This document shows, piece by piece, positions 1 to 10,415 of a DNA stretch of 64,000 nt. Position numbers and translations under genes: made by a program. The stretch lies in contig CAYIXG010000001.1 in NCBI GenBank assembly GCA_964367375.1, positions 148,254 to 212,253 of the forward strand, read 5' to 3'. This stretch comes from Candidatus Woesearchaeota archaeon. Lineage in GTDB: Archaea; Nanobdellota; Nanobdellia; SCGC-AAA011-G17; UBA489. Each line of letters starts with the position of its first letter. Within the stretch, counting starts at the first letter, position 1. A model generated the notes under the pieces. The model was not told the DNA's origin. It searched no databases and saw only the letters and a program-made list of their open reading frames with translations.

Positions 1-10
1 GCGTTTTCGG

Positions 11-727
11 GTGCATTATTATAATCCCACACTGTTGGACAAGGATGACAATAAGTGCACATCCTATTTAGCATATCTTGTGGCAGATGAGTGGGAGTGG
101 ATTGCAGCCATCGGTATTATTGGGGATTGGCAGCTGCCGTCGTTTATGAAGACGTTTAAATACAAGCGCTTGTTCAACAACCAGAAGACTCCTCCTTCTC
201 TTTTGTTTGATTCTGACTTTGGAAAGCTGATTCGCATTTTTTCGTTTGCGTTGAAAGGAGAGACAAAGGAGGTGAGGAAGGCAATTGATGCTGCGCAGAA
301 GGTGAATACTCCTCAAGAGGTGTTGCAGCAGGAGTCTGAGGCAGGAAAATGGTTGTATAGGAAGTATGAGAAGGTGAATAAGGGTTATCTAAAGTTATTA
401 GAAAAGGCGCGTGCGCTTGAGCCGAAAGCAAAGAAAGAGCCATTGGTATTTGTCTACACTGATGCAGAAACAAGTTTTACGAGCGAGTTGAGCAATGAGT
501 TGTTGCACCGAACAAAATCAGAAGTCATCATTGTTGCCAGAGAAAAGGGTGATGAGTATCGCATTTCTATTCGCGGAAGAACAATACCTATACGCCCCAT
601 AGTGAAGAAGGCGTTGGTGAAAGTGCATGGCTATGGTGGTGGTCACCCATTGGCATGCGGCGCAACAGTGCATAAGCATGATTTTGAGACGTTTATCAGT
701 GTGTTTCGGGAAGAATTGAGCAACTAG
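11..727 (+). CDS. DHH family phosphoesterase (RecJ/NrnA-like), C-terminal DHHA1 part; 5' end probably outside window
   Basis: IGIIGD motif and C-terminal 'RISIRG...GYGGGHPLACGA' DHHA1 signature. Confidence 0.8.
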   Translation: MHYYNPTLLDKDDNKCTSYLAYLVADEWEWIAAIGIIGDWQLPSFMKTFKYKRLFNNQKTPPSLLFDSDFGKLIRIFSFALKGETKEVRKAIDAAQKVNTPQEVLQQESEAGKWLYRKYEKVNKGYLKLLEKARALEPKAKKEPLVFVYTDAETSFTSELSNELLHRTKSEVIIVAREKGDEYRISIRGRTIPIRPIVKKALVKVHGYGGGHPLACGATVHKHDFETFISVFREELSN

Positions 728-1344
728 TTCAAAACGATTCTGGCGTCAACGATTCTGATGTCTGTTGCTGTCAAGAGTAAGGGATTAATGTCAAGTTCAG
801 CGATTTGGGGATATGTGGCAGCGAGTGCAGAAAGCTTGAGTATGATCGTGATCACGCTTTTCACCTTATTAGTATGTCCTCGCGTTCCGGCAATGATAGG
901 ATAAACTTTCAGTTCATGGAGCATGTCTGCTGCATCTGCAGCGGTGACAGGGCACGCGCGGAAGCTGACATCTTTGAGTATTTCGGTGTAAATGCCGCCT
1001 GCGCCAACTGCAACAGTATGTCCGAACACAGAGTCGCGTTTGAGTCCGAGGAGCAGCGCATCCGCTTCAACATACTCTTGAATCAAGACGCCGCGAAATC
1101 CGTTGAGGCGTTTCATGCGGGTGAAATGCTTCATAACTGCCGTGTCAGTGATGAGGTTGAGTGCAACGCCGCCAACGTCACTTTTGTGGATGATAGTGGG
1201 AGAAACGACTTTCATCGCAACAGGGTAGCCGATGCGCTTGGCAGCTGCAATTGCAGTGGATGAACTCGTGCAGTACATTTGGTGTACCACAGGGAATCCT
1301 TCTTTTTTGAGAAATGCTTCTGCCTCTTTTTCAGGAAGGATCAT
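724..1344 (-). CDS. ADP-forming acetate--CoA ligase beta subunit (stand-alone ATP-grasp)
   Basis: IGYPVAMKVVSPTIIHKSDVGGV, DSVFGHTVAVGAGG, ELDINPL, IVDARI motifs. Confidence 0.88.
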   Translation of the reverse strand: MILPEKEAEAFLKKEGFPVVHQMYCTSSSTAIAAAKRIGYPVAMKVVSPTIIHKSDVGGVALNLITDTAVMKHFTRMKRLNGFRGVLIQEYVEADALLLGLKRDSVFGHTVAVGAGGIYTEILKDVSFRACPVTAADAADMLHELKVYPIIAGTRGHTNKVKSVITIILKLSALAATYPQIAELDINPLLLTATDIRIVDARIVLN

Positions 1345-1392
1345 GATTGAAAAATGATAAATAAGTATTTAAACTTTCTTTTTTTGAGATTG

Positions 1393-3327
1393 ATGATGAA
1401 AAAAGGAGTGTGGATGTTTTTGTTGATCCTTCTTTCTGCGTTTGCATCGAGCGCGCAGGAAGAGTCTCCAGTGGAAAATTATCATGAGTACGAATCAGTA
1501 GATGTTTCATTTGCTCTGAATTCTTCTGTAGAAATGCAAGGAGGGCCAGTATCTGAGCTAAAGGTTGATCTGAGTTTCTTTCCGAAGCAGGAATCTGGGC
1601 AGTCAATTATAAGCAGTGAGGATGTGTCCACTCCACCGGCAGAGATAACAACAGATGAAAGCAGCAAGCGTTTTGTGTGGAGGAATATAGATACAAATAG
1701 GGTGGATTTTGGAGCGCGTGCAAAGATGAAAATTTCGAGGCAAATGCCAAGGGTGTTGAAAAAGATCGAGTTTCCGGTACATAATCTTGATTCTGAGTTA
1801 AGTCAGTACACGAAAGCAACGCAGTTTATTGACCTGAATGCTGCAATTGAATCGCAAGCACTCGCCTTGGCAGGGTCTGAAAATGATGTGTATCGCGTTA
1901 TCTTCAAGCTTGCGGATTGGACAAAGCAGAATATTGAGTATGATTTATCAACATTGACTGCGGATGTGGTGCAGAAGAGCAGCTGGGTGTTGGAGCAGAA
2001 GCAGGGGGTGTGTGATGAGCTCACAAACCTATTTATTTCATTAGTGCGGTCATTGGGTGTTCCTGCGCGGTTCGTGTCTGGGATGGTGTATTCAAATATA
2101 GGATATGATTTTGGTCCGCATGGATGGGCGGAAGTGTTTTTTCCAGGTGTGGGCTGGGTTCCGTTTGATATTACCTTTGGTCAGTTTGGGTGGATTGATG
2201 CGTCACATGTGAAATTGAAGGATCATGAGGATTCGGGGAGTCCTGCAACAGAGTATCAGTGGCAGCCTGCAGATGTGGAGATGGATGTGGGTGAGATTGT
2301 GATGCATACGCAGCTTCTGAGTACAGGGCCTCGTGCAGAGCCAATGGTTGAAATAACTGCTGAGCCAAAGAGGAAGGCAGTGCGTCAGGGAAGTGTTGTT
2401 CCCTTGTTTGTCACAGTGGAGAATAAGAAGCCGTTTTACGTTTCTCCTATTCTTGTCATGACAAAGGCTCCGGGAGTTCGCGGGAGTAATACAAGGGAAG
2501 TGCTTCTCGGTCCTGGAGAGACAAAGACGGTTGCATGGGCGTTGGAAATTCCTGAGGAAGTGAAGGAAGGTTATATTTACACTTCAACAATTGAGGTTGT
2601 GTCTCCGTTTGGTGAGCCAGCGCGTGCGCAAGTGCGCTATGGGGAAGATTTTGAGTTCTTTAATGAGATAATTGCATTAAAGATGGTGGATGAGGTGAAT
2701 GAGCAGTCTGCAAAGCAGCAGTTGGACGGCGTTTCATTTACGTGTCAGACTGCAAACCAGTTGTATTATGTTGATGAGGTGGTAAGCATTTCCTGCAGGT
2801 TGACAAATCAACGCGTATCTTCTCTTGATGGAAGGGTGTGCAGTGCAGCGCAGTGCAAGCAGTTGAGTCTTGCACCAGGAGGCACGGAAAGTATCTCCTT
2901 TGAGATAAAGGCAGTGCAGTCAGGAAGAACGTCTGCAGTTGTTGAGGTGGATGAGGGTGTGGTGTATGCGTTTTTTGATCTGAATGTGGTGAAGATTCCT
3001 GAGGTGACTATCCAGAATGTGCAGCCGCAAAAGGTAAATTATAAGGATAATGTTGAGGTGTCATTTGATGTGGTGAGTGATGAGGTGATTCAGGATGTGG
3101 TGATGCAGTTTGATTTTAAAGAGCTTGAGTTAGGAAGCATTGAGGGCGAGAAAAATATTCGGGTGACGACTGCAGGAAGATTTATAGTGGAGGGATTAAA
3201 ATTTAATTTATTTTATAAGGATGCGAAAGGAAAATCATATGAGTCAAAGGAAATTGTGCAGATTGAAGTGGTGAACATTCTGTGGTATGCGAAAGCGTTG
3301 TACTGGGTGAAAAACTTATTTGGATGA
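1393..3327 (+). CDS. Secreted/membrane transglutaminase-like domain protein
   Basis: Signal peptide; Cys-His-Asp triad in GVCDELT, HGWAEV, WVPFD; start taken at ATG 1393/1396. Confidence 0.82.
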   Translation: MMKKGVWMFLLILLSAFASSAQEESPVENYHEYESVDVSFALNSSVEMQGGPVSELKVDLSFFPKQESGQSIISSEDVSTPPAEITTDESSKRFVWRNIDTNRVDFGARAKMKISRQMPRVLKKIEFPVHNLDSELSQYTKATQFIDLNAAIESQALALAGSENDVYRVIFKLADWTKQNIEYDLSTLTADVVQKSSWVLEQKQGVCDELTNLFISLVRSLGVPARFVSGMVYSNIGYDFGPHGWAEVFFPGVGWVPFDITFGQFGWIDASHVKLKDHEDSGSPATEYQWQPADVEMDVGEIVMHTQLLSTGPRAEPMVEITAEPKRKAVRQGSVVPLFVTVENKKPFYVSPILVMTKAPGVRGSNTREVLLGPGETKTVAWALEIPEEVKEGYIYTSTIEVVSPFGEPARAQVRYGEDFEFFNEIIALKMVDEVNEQSAKQQLDGVSFTCQTANQLYYVDEVVSISCRLTNQRVSSLDGRVCSAAQCKQLSLAPGGTESISFEIKAVQSGRTSAVVEVDEGVVYAFFDLNVVKIPEVTIQNVQPQKVNYKDNVEVSFDVVSDEVIQDVVMQFDFKELELGSIEGEKNIRVTTAGRFIVEGLKFNLFYKDAKGKSYESKEIVQIEVVNILWYAKALYWVKNLFG

Positions 3328-4560
3328 AGCGTGCTTTTTTTGATCGCTGTCGACGCGCGTTAACGCAATAACTCCCAAGATAATGAAGAAGGTGACAGCA
3401 ATGATGGCAATGCGGTATCGTGTGCTTCCAAGAGAAACAAGATTGGACACAATCAATCCCCATACAATAGGTCCAATGAATGAGGAGGCGCGTTCTGCCA
3501 GTCCAAAATAGGCAAAGGTGAGGTTATGTCTTCCAGGAGGTGCAATATATGCCATGACAGAGCGTGATACTGTCCATGTTGCGCCAAACCAGAATCCCAT
3601 GAGTGTTGTGGCAATAACAAAAAGAGTGAAATTGGTGATGAGTCCGACTAATGGGAGGAGGAAAACCCATCCGATAAGAATGCACAAAAGTGTTTTTTTG
3701 TGGCCAATTCGATCTGCAATTAATCCAGAGAGAAGTCCGCCAATGGCGCACGTGATTAAAACGCCGAGTAGGAGGTATGTTTTAACAGTGTCTGAGACGT
3801 GCCAGACTTGTTCAAGGAAGATGGGGAAATTATTGGAGGCAGTGAGAACAGCATCATTGAACAAGAAGTAAGCAAGAAGGAAGAAAGCAACGCTTGAGGA
3901 TGCGAGTAAATGTTTGGTGGCAGTAAATGTGTGTTTGACATGTGCCCAGAAGGAGAATGGCATTTTTTTCTTGTGAGGTTCGATGAAAAAGAGGAGCATG
4001 GGAAGCGAGAAAAGAAAGAAGACAATGACAGACGGCAAAAGAGTTTCAGCTCGCTGAGCGGATCCAAAAAGGCTAATGCTTCCATTAGAGAAGGGAAGCG
4101 CTATTAAGAGTCCTGCAAATTGGCCGAGGTAGTTTGCAGTGATGCCTAAGCCAGAGACGAATCCTCGTTTCTGAGGATGTGAGATGTCAGTAATGAGGGG
4201 AGTGTAGAAGGTAAAGGAAAGGAGATAGGAATACAGTCCAAGGGTGAAGAAGATGAGTGCAAGCATATCTTTGTTATATACAGCTGAGAGTGCGCATAGG
4301 CCGTAAAAGAGCACAGTGAAAAGTGTGCTGTATCTCAATCCAGTAATTCTTCTTAAGAAGGTGTCAAGCAGGCAGCCAGTCAGCGGAACAGTAAAGAGGA
4401 GGAGGATTGCAGAAATGGTGAAGGTTAAGTTAAAGGTGAGGTCAGATACGCCTCTGTCAACAACGATCCATTGGGAAAAATAGAGGAAGAAGACGACAGA
4501 AACGATGGAGTTTGCAAAATCATAGAGAATCCAGAGGAACGTGTTTCGTTTGGTGTTCAT
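3316..4560 (-). CDS. MFS transporter (UMF1/Atg22-like)
   Basis: W-x-LYDFANS N-terminal motif, about 12 hydrophobic segments, GLIADRIGHKK loop motif. Confidence 0.88.
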   Translation of the reverse strand: MNTKRNTFLWILYDFANSIVSVVFFLYFSQWIVVDRGVSDLTFNLTFTISAILLLFTVPLTGCLLDTFLRRITGLRYSTLFTVLFYGLCALSAVYNKDMLALIFFTLGLYSYLLSFTFYTPLITDISHPQKRGFVSGLGITANYLGQFAGLLIALPFSNGSISLFGSAQRAETLLPSVIVFFLFSLPMLLFFIEPHKKKMPFSFWAHVKHTFTATKHLLASSSVAFFLLAYFLFNDAVLTASNNFPIFLEQVWHVSDTVKTYLLLGVLITCAIGGLLSGLIADRIGHKKTLLCILIGWVFLLPLVGLITNFTLFVIATTLMGFWFGATWTVSRSVMAYIAPPGRHNLTFAYFGLAERASSFIGPIVWGLIVSNLVSLGSTRYRIAIIAVTFFIILGVIALTRVDSDQKKHASSK

Positions 4561-4569
4561 ATGTAAAAA

Positions 4570-6054
4570 TTAGTAGCTTTTTGCAACGTACACAAGATGA
4601 TTGGCTTCTTTCTTGCAGATAATACAAATTTGTCCTTGTTTCACACGATCTTCCTCTGGGTAGAGTGTGCCGCACACGTTTCCTCCGTCAGTTTCCGCTT
4701 TCAAAACATCGCTGCATTTTTCTCCGTCGAAGTCAACAGAGCAGAAAGGAACAGTAACAAATCCTCTATGAGTGTGCAAGGTTTTTTTAAGAGTGTCCAG
4801 TGTGTCAACGGATCGCACATTGTGCGCGAAGTATGCCTCTGCGCGTGCGTGAATGTCTTTGTCAATAGTGGCTGCTGCATGGGCTATTTCTATGGTAAGG
4901 TCAGCAAGAACAAAGCTGGTGCGTTTCTCTTTTGTGCGGAGCGCTGCTGATACTGTTTTTGCTTTGGTTTCCTTTGGTCCAATTTCAAGGCGAACAGGAA
5001 CTCCTTTCATTTCCCACTTGTTGTATTTGTAGCCAGGGCTTTCACTGCTGTCATCTAATGTCACGCGGTATCCTTTGTTTGTGAGCGTTTTCACAACCTG
5101 TCTGCAAAAGCTGAGGACTTCTTTTCCTTCGTCTGCTTTGCCTGCAAAGAGAATAGGAATGACAACAATTTGTACAGGTGCCATATCAAAGGGAATGATC
5201 AATCCTTTATCATCTCCATGGATGCCGATGAGTGCTGCCATGATTCTCCACACTCCTGGTCCAAAGCAGGTTTGCCAGGCAAACTGGTCTTTCTCGTCTT
5301 TTCCCTTCACTTTGATGGTAAATGCTTTGGAGAAGTTTTGTCCGAGGTCATGGGTGGATGCAAGCTGGTTTCGTTTGCCGTCAGGCATGATCGTGTCTGG
5401 AGTGTAAGTGTTGTCAGCTCCTTTGAACTTGTCCCATTGGGGTCGTTGAAAGTAGAAAAAAGGAATATGAACCTTTTCTTCAATCACGTGTTTGCATGTT
5501 GCCAAGTCTTGTTCTATTTGCTCGAGTGCTTCCTCGTGCGTGTTGAACACATCATGGGTTTCAAAGAACATAAATTCTCTTCCTCTGAGGAAGGGGCGTG
5601 TGGTCATTTCGTTTCTGAATGCGGGAATCCTGCTTTGGTAGCCTTTGAAGGGCAAGTCTTTATGGCTTCTGAACCAGAGTGCATACAAGGGATAGATTTG
5701 TGCCTCTCCCGTTGGTCGTAAGGCAAAGCGCTCTTCTATTTTCTTGTCTCCTGCTTCACTTACCCAGAAGACATTGGGGGTGAATCCGGCATGCTCTTTT
5801 TCTTTGTGCAGGTTTTCTTCCTTTACAACACTAGGGAAGAGAAAGGGAAGATGTCCTTGCGCTTCAACTGCTGCTTCTAAGTATTCGTAAATCTTCTTGA
5901 TGAGGAAAAATCCCCACGGACGATGGACAATGAATCCTTGGATGCCGAAGCGGATGTCTGCAAGCTCTGCTTTATTCACTATTTGTGTGTACCATTCGGA
6001 GAAGTTCTCTTTTTTGGTGACAGTAATTCCTTCGTCTGGTTCTTTTGCTCTCAT
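4570..6054 (-). CDS. proS: Proline--tRNA ligase (archaeal/eukaryotic type)
   Basis: KKENFSEWY, LRPTGE, FRNE...PFLRGREF, HGDDKGL, C-terminal CIIC...AKSY. Confidence 0.97.
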   Translation of the reverse strand: MRAKEPDEGITVTKKENFSEWYTQIVNKAELADIRFGIQGFIVHRPWGFFLIKKIYEYLEAAVEAQGHLPFLFPSVVKEENLHKEKEHAGFTPNVFWVSEAGDKKIEERFALRPTGEAQIYPLYALWFRSHKDLPFKGYQSRIPAFRNEMTTRPFLRGREFMFFETHDVFNTHEEALEQIEQDLATCKHVIEEKVHIPFFYFQRPQWDKFKGADNTYTPDTIMPDGKRNQLASTHDLGQNFSKAFTIKVKGKDEKDQFAWQTCFGPGVWRIMAALIGIHGDDKGLIIPFDMAPVQIVVIPILFAGKADEGKEVLSFCRQVVKTLTNKGYRVTLDDSSESPGYKYNKWEMKGVPVRLEIGPKETKAKTVSAALRTKEKRTSFVLADLTIEIAHAAATIDKDIHARAEAYFAHNVRSVDTLDTLKKTLHTHRGFVTVPFCSVDFDGEKCSDVLKAETDGGNVCGTLYPEEDRVKQGQICIICKKEANHLVYVAKSY

Positions 6055-6157
6055 TCAAAAAAAGTGAAGGTTGTTCTTTTTAAATGTTTAGTCATTGCGG
6101 AAGGGTTTCGGTTGAAGGAAGAAAAGGCTTATTAAGAATAAGATAAAGAAAGAAGGG

Positions 6158-6361
6158 ATGTTTATTCATAAGAGATATGTAACAATAGCAACGATAGTGT
6201 CCGCATTGCTTACAGTGATAGGAACTGCTGCAGCCTTAGTTTATTATCTTTATCTCACTCCATATAATACCTCACTCAATTTTAGTATTCTTTTGGGAGG
6301 ATACATGTTTATGGTGAGCGCTACAGTATATGATGTGAACAGGAGGTTGAAGCGTGTCTGA
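6158..6361 (+). CDS. Small two-TM membrane protein
   Basis: 67 aa with two hydrophobic helices; TATA-like cttattaag upstream. Confidence 0.6.
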   Translation: MFIHKRYVTIATIVSALLTVIGTAAALVYYLYLTPYNTSLNFSILLGGYMFMVSATVYDVNRRLKRV

Positions 6362-6458
6362 AAAAAGTAAGGATTGGATAATGTTTGTGCTTATTGGTAT
6401 TGCAATCCTCTTATTTTTGTATATTATTTTTAAGATATCTCCAGGGCCTGTTTCCTAA
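6354..6458 (+). CDS. Small single-TM protein (34 aa), not in ORF track
   Basis: AGGAGG at 6341 precedes GTG 6354, which overlaps the end of the previous ORF; MSEKSKDWIMFVLIGIAILLFLYIIFKISPGPVS. Confidence 0.5.
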   Translation: MSEKSKDWIMFVLIGIAILLFLYIIFKISPGPVS

Positions 6459-6626
6459 TAAAGAAGAAGATGCACAGGTGAGAATAAATGCGTGTAAGAC
6501 TATATACGCTTGTTCATTGTATTCATAATCTAAGAGATGAAATGCAATAATGTTTATAAACACATGCGCAGTTTCTGCACCAGAAGAGGTGAACACGAGA
6601 AGAATAGGTATATATGAGACTAAGGA

Positions 6627-7226
6627 ATGGGTGTGTTTTTTCTGTTGACGAAGCGCGAACGTTTTGTCATGTATAGTGTGCTGGGAATAGGCATGGTCAT
6701 GTGTGGAGTAACAGCTTTTTTGGCATATAATTATATTGCAGAAGGAAAGGAATCTTCTTCTCCAGCGCTTCCCAATCTTACTGATGTGATGTTTATGCTG
6801 GACCGTGAACCTGAAGTGATTGAGAAGGAAGTGGTTGTGCAGGTGCCTGCAGCATATCTTGAGGTGAACGGGAGGAATTATACGTCTGCAAATGTTTTGG
6901 AAATCTTAGAGGTGAAAGGATATAACGCTCTTTCGTTTGATAAGTGGATCAAGCATCTCTTTAACATTGCAGAGGGGCAGATGAGCTTTCACTTTAATGC
7001 GCAGACATATGGTCCGGGAGAATATGAGGTTGAGGATGTGGAGTCAAACGAGTGTATTATCCGATTTGAGCATATCGGTTTTGATGAAGGAGTCATATTA
7101 TGTGGGGATGTGGAAATTGAGACAGATGATGCTGAGGATTTGGAGTGCAGTGTGGAGATCTTTTTTGAGCGGAATAACAAATATGAGCTCGGAAAGGTAA
7201 GAAGCTGCGAGATTGATATTGGGTAA
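6627..7226 (+). CDS. Hypothetical membrane-anchored acidic protein
   Basis: N-terminal TM helix, Glu/Asp-rich extracellular part with paired Cys. Confidence 0.7.
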   Translation: MGVFFLLTKRERFVMYSVLGIGMVMCGVTAFLAYNYIAEGKESSSPALPNLTDVMFMLDREPEVIEKEVVVQVPAAYLEVNGRNYTSANVLEILEVKGYNALSFDKWIKHLFNIAEGQMSFHFNAQTYGPGEYEVEDVESNECIIRFEHIGFDEGVILCGDVEIETDDAEDLECSVEIFFERNNKYELGKVRSCEIDIG

Positions 7227-7244
7227 TCTTTGTATTGTTAGATA

Positions 7245-7961
7245 TTATGGTTTGGCAATGTTCCAGAGCAACGTAAAATAGTTAGTATACAGTTGTGCCA
7301 TTTTTTTACTTTTGATGACTACCATGTACAATTCATCTTCAGGAAGAAAAAGGACTGTGGTATCTCCATACACCCACATCCCGCTCGGGCTTTGATATGC
7401 TGCAGGAATAAATCGTGTGTGGGTCAATGGTTCTTGAAGCAAGGGCGAGTCTTTTAAGGTGGAGTCTGCAAGGATTTTTCGTTTGATTCCGAGTTTGATT
7501 CGTTTTCTCTGGAAATGGGAGTAATAAAATTGGAGCTTTTTTGCGACTGTTCCAGTAAATCCGAAGATAAGAATATCCTTTCGTGCAGCAAGGTAGTCTT
7601 GCAAGACAGATTTTAAGCCATTTTTTCCTTGATAGACTTCAATGTCTACGTGCTTTTTCTGTTTTCCAAGGTGAGAGAGGTGGGGTAGGATTGCTCTGAA
7701 GTGAGCTTCTTTTTCCTTGATTTTTGCAAGGAGCTTATCAGGGCTTATCGCGTGGAAGTATTTTTTTCCTGATTGAATGGTGTAGGATACAACTCCTTTC
7801 TGAATGAGCTTATACAGCCGATCATAAATATGGGTTCTATTAATATGTGTTTCTTTGACAATCTGGCTCACAAGGGAGGGGCCAAGCGTGAGGAGCGCGG
7901 TGTAAATGGTTGCTTCATTTTCTGACAAGCCAGTGTCTTGGAGGACTTTGTTGATGTTCAT
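7245..7961 (-). CDS. TrmB family transcriptional regulator
   Basis: GLSENEATIYTALL wHTH, LIQKGVVSY, C-terminal IEVYQGKNGLK effector domain. Confidence 0.88.
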   Translation of the reverse strand: MNINKVLQDTGLSENEATIYTALLTLGPSLVSQIVKETHINRTHIYDRLYKLIQKGVVSYTIQSGKKYFHAISPDKLLAKIKEKEAHFRAILPHLSHLGKQKKHVDIEVYQGKNGLKSVLQDYLAARKDILIFGFTGTVAKKLQFYYSHFQRKRIKLGIKRKILADSTLKDSPLLQEPLTHTRFIPAAYQSPSGMWVYGDTTVLFLPEDELYMVVIKSKKMAQLYTNYFTLLWNIAKP

Positions 7962-7996
7962 CGAGAAACGGGAAGATATGCTCCTTTTTAAAAGTT

Positions 7997-8014
7997 TTGT
8001 CTCATATGAAACAA
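7997..8014. promoter_or_regulatory. Putative TrmB operator, 18-bp near-palindrome TTGTCTCATATGAAACAA
   Basis: One mismatched pair; lies between divergent TATA-like boxes (ttttaaaa about 7986-7993, tttttata 8021-8028). Confidence 0.55.
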
Positions 8015-8054
8015 CAAAAGTTTTTATAGCTCGTTTCCAGAAAGAGTTGAAAGG

Positions 8055-9182
8055 ATGAAAACCAGCACAAAGATCAGTATAGGAGTGATTTTACTAGCTG
8101 CTATTATAGGGGTAACATGGATTGTAGTCATGCAAGAGCCACAATCGAAAGCTCCTATGAAGATTGGAGTCATTGCTCCCTTAACAGGGCCAGTAGGCGT
8201 TATTGGTCAATACATGCAAGAAGGCCTGCTGTTAGCACAAAGAGAGATTAACGAGAGGGGAGGTATCCAAGGGAGGTCTCTTGAGCTCGTTTTTGAAGAC
8301 ACGATTGTTGACCCAAAACTCTCAGTAAGTGCGATGCAGAAATTTATCGATATTGATAACATAAAAGTGGTTATTGGTGACTATCGTTCTTCAAATACGC
8401 TCGCTGTAGCGCCAATAGCAGAAGAGAAAAAGGTTATTTTGATAAGTCCTGGGTCTCAAGCAGATTCCTTATCAGAGGCAGGAGACTATATTTTTAGAAC
8501 GCAAGTAACTGCTGAGGTGGAGGCTGAAAAGCTCGCTGATGTTATCAAGAATCAATTAGAAGAGACGCAAGTCTCCACAATAGTAACCAATCAAGATTAT
8601 GGAATTAGTTTTGAGGAAAAGTTTACAATATTTTTCAAGGAAAAGGGTGGAAGAGTATTACTCAACAATCGTGCAGAGACACAAGAAACGGATTACAGAA
8701 CAATGCTTCTGAAAAGCAAGGAGAAGGGCATTGATATGATTGTGTTAGCTGTTGGAGGGCTGGCTGGGGGATTGATTGCAAACCAAGCAAAGGAATTAGG
8801 ATTATCATTCACATTTGTCGCCTCTTCAATTATTCAGACAGGTGAGTTGCTTGAGGTGGGTAAAGGCAATGTTGAAGGATTTTTGTACGTCTACCCTTAT
8901 GCGCATATGACAAAGGAACAAGAGGTATTTACGCAGAACTACAAGAAAGCATACGGGAGAGAAAATGAAGTGATCGCTGCAAATAGTTATGATGCGCTAA
9001 TGCTCGCTGCTGAAGCGATAGAAATGTGTGAAGAAGATACTTCTTGTATCAAAGATGAGCTGTATGAAGTGAAAAACTATTCCGGTGCGAGCGGAGTCTT
9101 AAGCTTCGACGAAAATGGAGATGTGATAAAACCATTAATAATAAAAACAGTGAAGGATGGAAAATTTGTAAGTGTTATGTAA
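8055..9182 (+). CDS. LivK/LivJ-like ABC substrate-binding protein (membrane anchored)
   Basis: KIGVIAPLTG, INERGGIQGR, YDALMLAAEA, GASGVLSFDENGD. Confidence 0.9.
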   Translation: MKTSTKISIGVILLAAIIGVTWIVVMQEPQSKAPMKIGVIAPLTGPVGVIGQYMQEGLLLAQREINERGGIQGRSLELVFEDTIVDPKLSVSAMQKFIDIDNIKVVIGDYRSSNTLAVAPIAEEKKVILISPGSQADSLSEAGDYIFRTQVTAEVEAEKLADVIKNQLEETQVSTIVTNQDYGISFEEKFTIFFKEKGGRVLLNNRAETQETDYRTMLLKSKEKGIDMIVLAVGGLAGGLIANQAKELGLSFTFVASSIIQTGELLEVGKGNVEGFLYVYPYAHMTKEQEVFTQNYKKAYGRENEVIAANSYDALMLAAEAIEMCEEDTSCIKDELYEVKNYSGASGVLSFDENGDVIKPLIIKTVKDGKFVSVM

Positions 9183-9245
9183 TAATATAATATATTCTCC
9201 ATATAAATAAACAAAGAAGAAACAGTTCTTTATTATTATATTCTC

Positions 9246-10319
9246 TCAGCATTTTTTTCTTTTGGAGTCTTTTTTCTTTGGGTAGTCTAATAAAGTTAAG
9301 ATTGTTCTCAATAATTCTCCAATGAATAAACTAACTCCTGCTAAAATAAATCCAATTCCAAGATTTGTATTTATTTCTTTTTTGTCTTTTTTGCGCTGTG
9401 AGTAAGAACTAATTGTAAACTCTTGATGTAAGTATTTCGAACTTTTATCATCAATATTTTCGTAATAATCAGGAGGATAACGTATTTTGATAATATTTCC
9501 ATACGCTTCTGGTTCAACATTAATCATCTTTCCAAAATTATGCACGTCTTGTCTATAATGACCTAAATCAAATATTATAGTTTCTCTTGCATTAGTTCCG
9601 TATGCACGATAAGCAAATATTAGAAGTCTAAAAATTCCATTCGGATAGAACTCTTCTGGTTCATTAAGCAAAATATTAACCTTAACATTATTTAAAGTTT
9701 GATTAAATTTATCAAATATTATATAATTTCGATCTGTTTTGTTTAATTGGTTTATTTCTACTTCATATTCAACACTTTTTATTAGAGTTATACCATTACT
9801 CTCCAAGGTTATATTTGTAATGTTAATCTCTTTTGGTATATTAATACTTAATGAACTAAGGGGTTCATCTTCAATCATCTCAAAACTTAAATTACCATTC
9901 GAATCTTTAAAATTAAAATTAATGTTAAAGTCTCTCACAACAAGTTTTCCATTCGGGCTGGGATATAATTCAAATTCGTAAGTTTTAAAAGGAAGTGAAG
10001 TATCCATTTTTAAACCAGAATATAATAAAGAGAACCCAAAATAAAAACTAAAGTATATAGTTATGCATATCAAAAAAGTATCTCTTAAATTTTTTCTAAA
10101 ATCTTTATTAAGATAATGTTCTTTCTTAGATTCTACGAGAAAATATAAACCAAAAAGTATAGTAATAAAAATAAAGATAATCAATGATTTCTTAAAGCTA
10201 CCTTCTATTAATAAGAGTACAAGAAAAAATATTATGATTACATAAACAAAAGAAAAAATCTTTTTCCATTTATAGCGATTCGGTTCTTCTTTATTATAAG
10301 ATGCATTCGGTTTTTTCAT
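9246..10319 (-). CDS. Hypothetical AT-rich membrane protein
   Basis: 357 aa ORF with 3 N-terminal and 1 C-terminal TM segments; Asn/Ile/Lys-rich; visibly lower GC than flanks. Confidence 0.7.
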   Translation of the reverse strand: MKKPNASYNKEEPNRYKWKKIFSFVYVIIIFFLVLLLIEGSFKKSLIIFIFITILFGLYFLVESKKEHYLNKDFRKNLRDTFLICITIYFSFYFGFSLLYSGLKMDTSLPFKTYEFELYPSPNGKLVVRDFNINFNFKDSNGNLSFEMIEDEPLSSLSINIPKEINITNITLESNGITLIKSVEYEVEINQLNKTDRNYIIFDKFNQTLNNVKVNILLNEPEEFYPNGIFRLLIFAYRAYGTNARETIIFDLGHYRQDVHNFGKMINVEPEAYGNIIKIRYPPDYYENIDDKSSKYLHQEFTISSYSQRKKDKKEINTNLGIGFILAGVSLFIGELLRTILTLLDYPKKKDSKRKKC

Positions 10320-10415
10320 TTTCCATCCGAGGAGTATATCTTAGCAATAGTATATAATATTTCTGGTAAGAGAATTACTGACAAAATATTAAGCACTCTA
10401 TAAAACATAAAAGAG

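Noticed and set aside
6411..6596. 61-aa minus-strand ORF
   Set aside because: GTG start, no recognisable features, and it overlaps a better-supported plus-strand small ORF.
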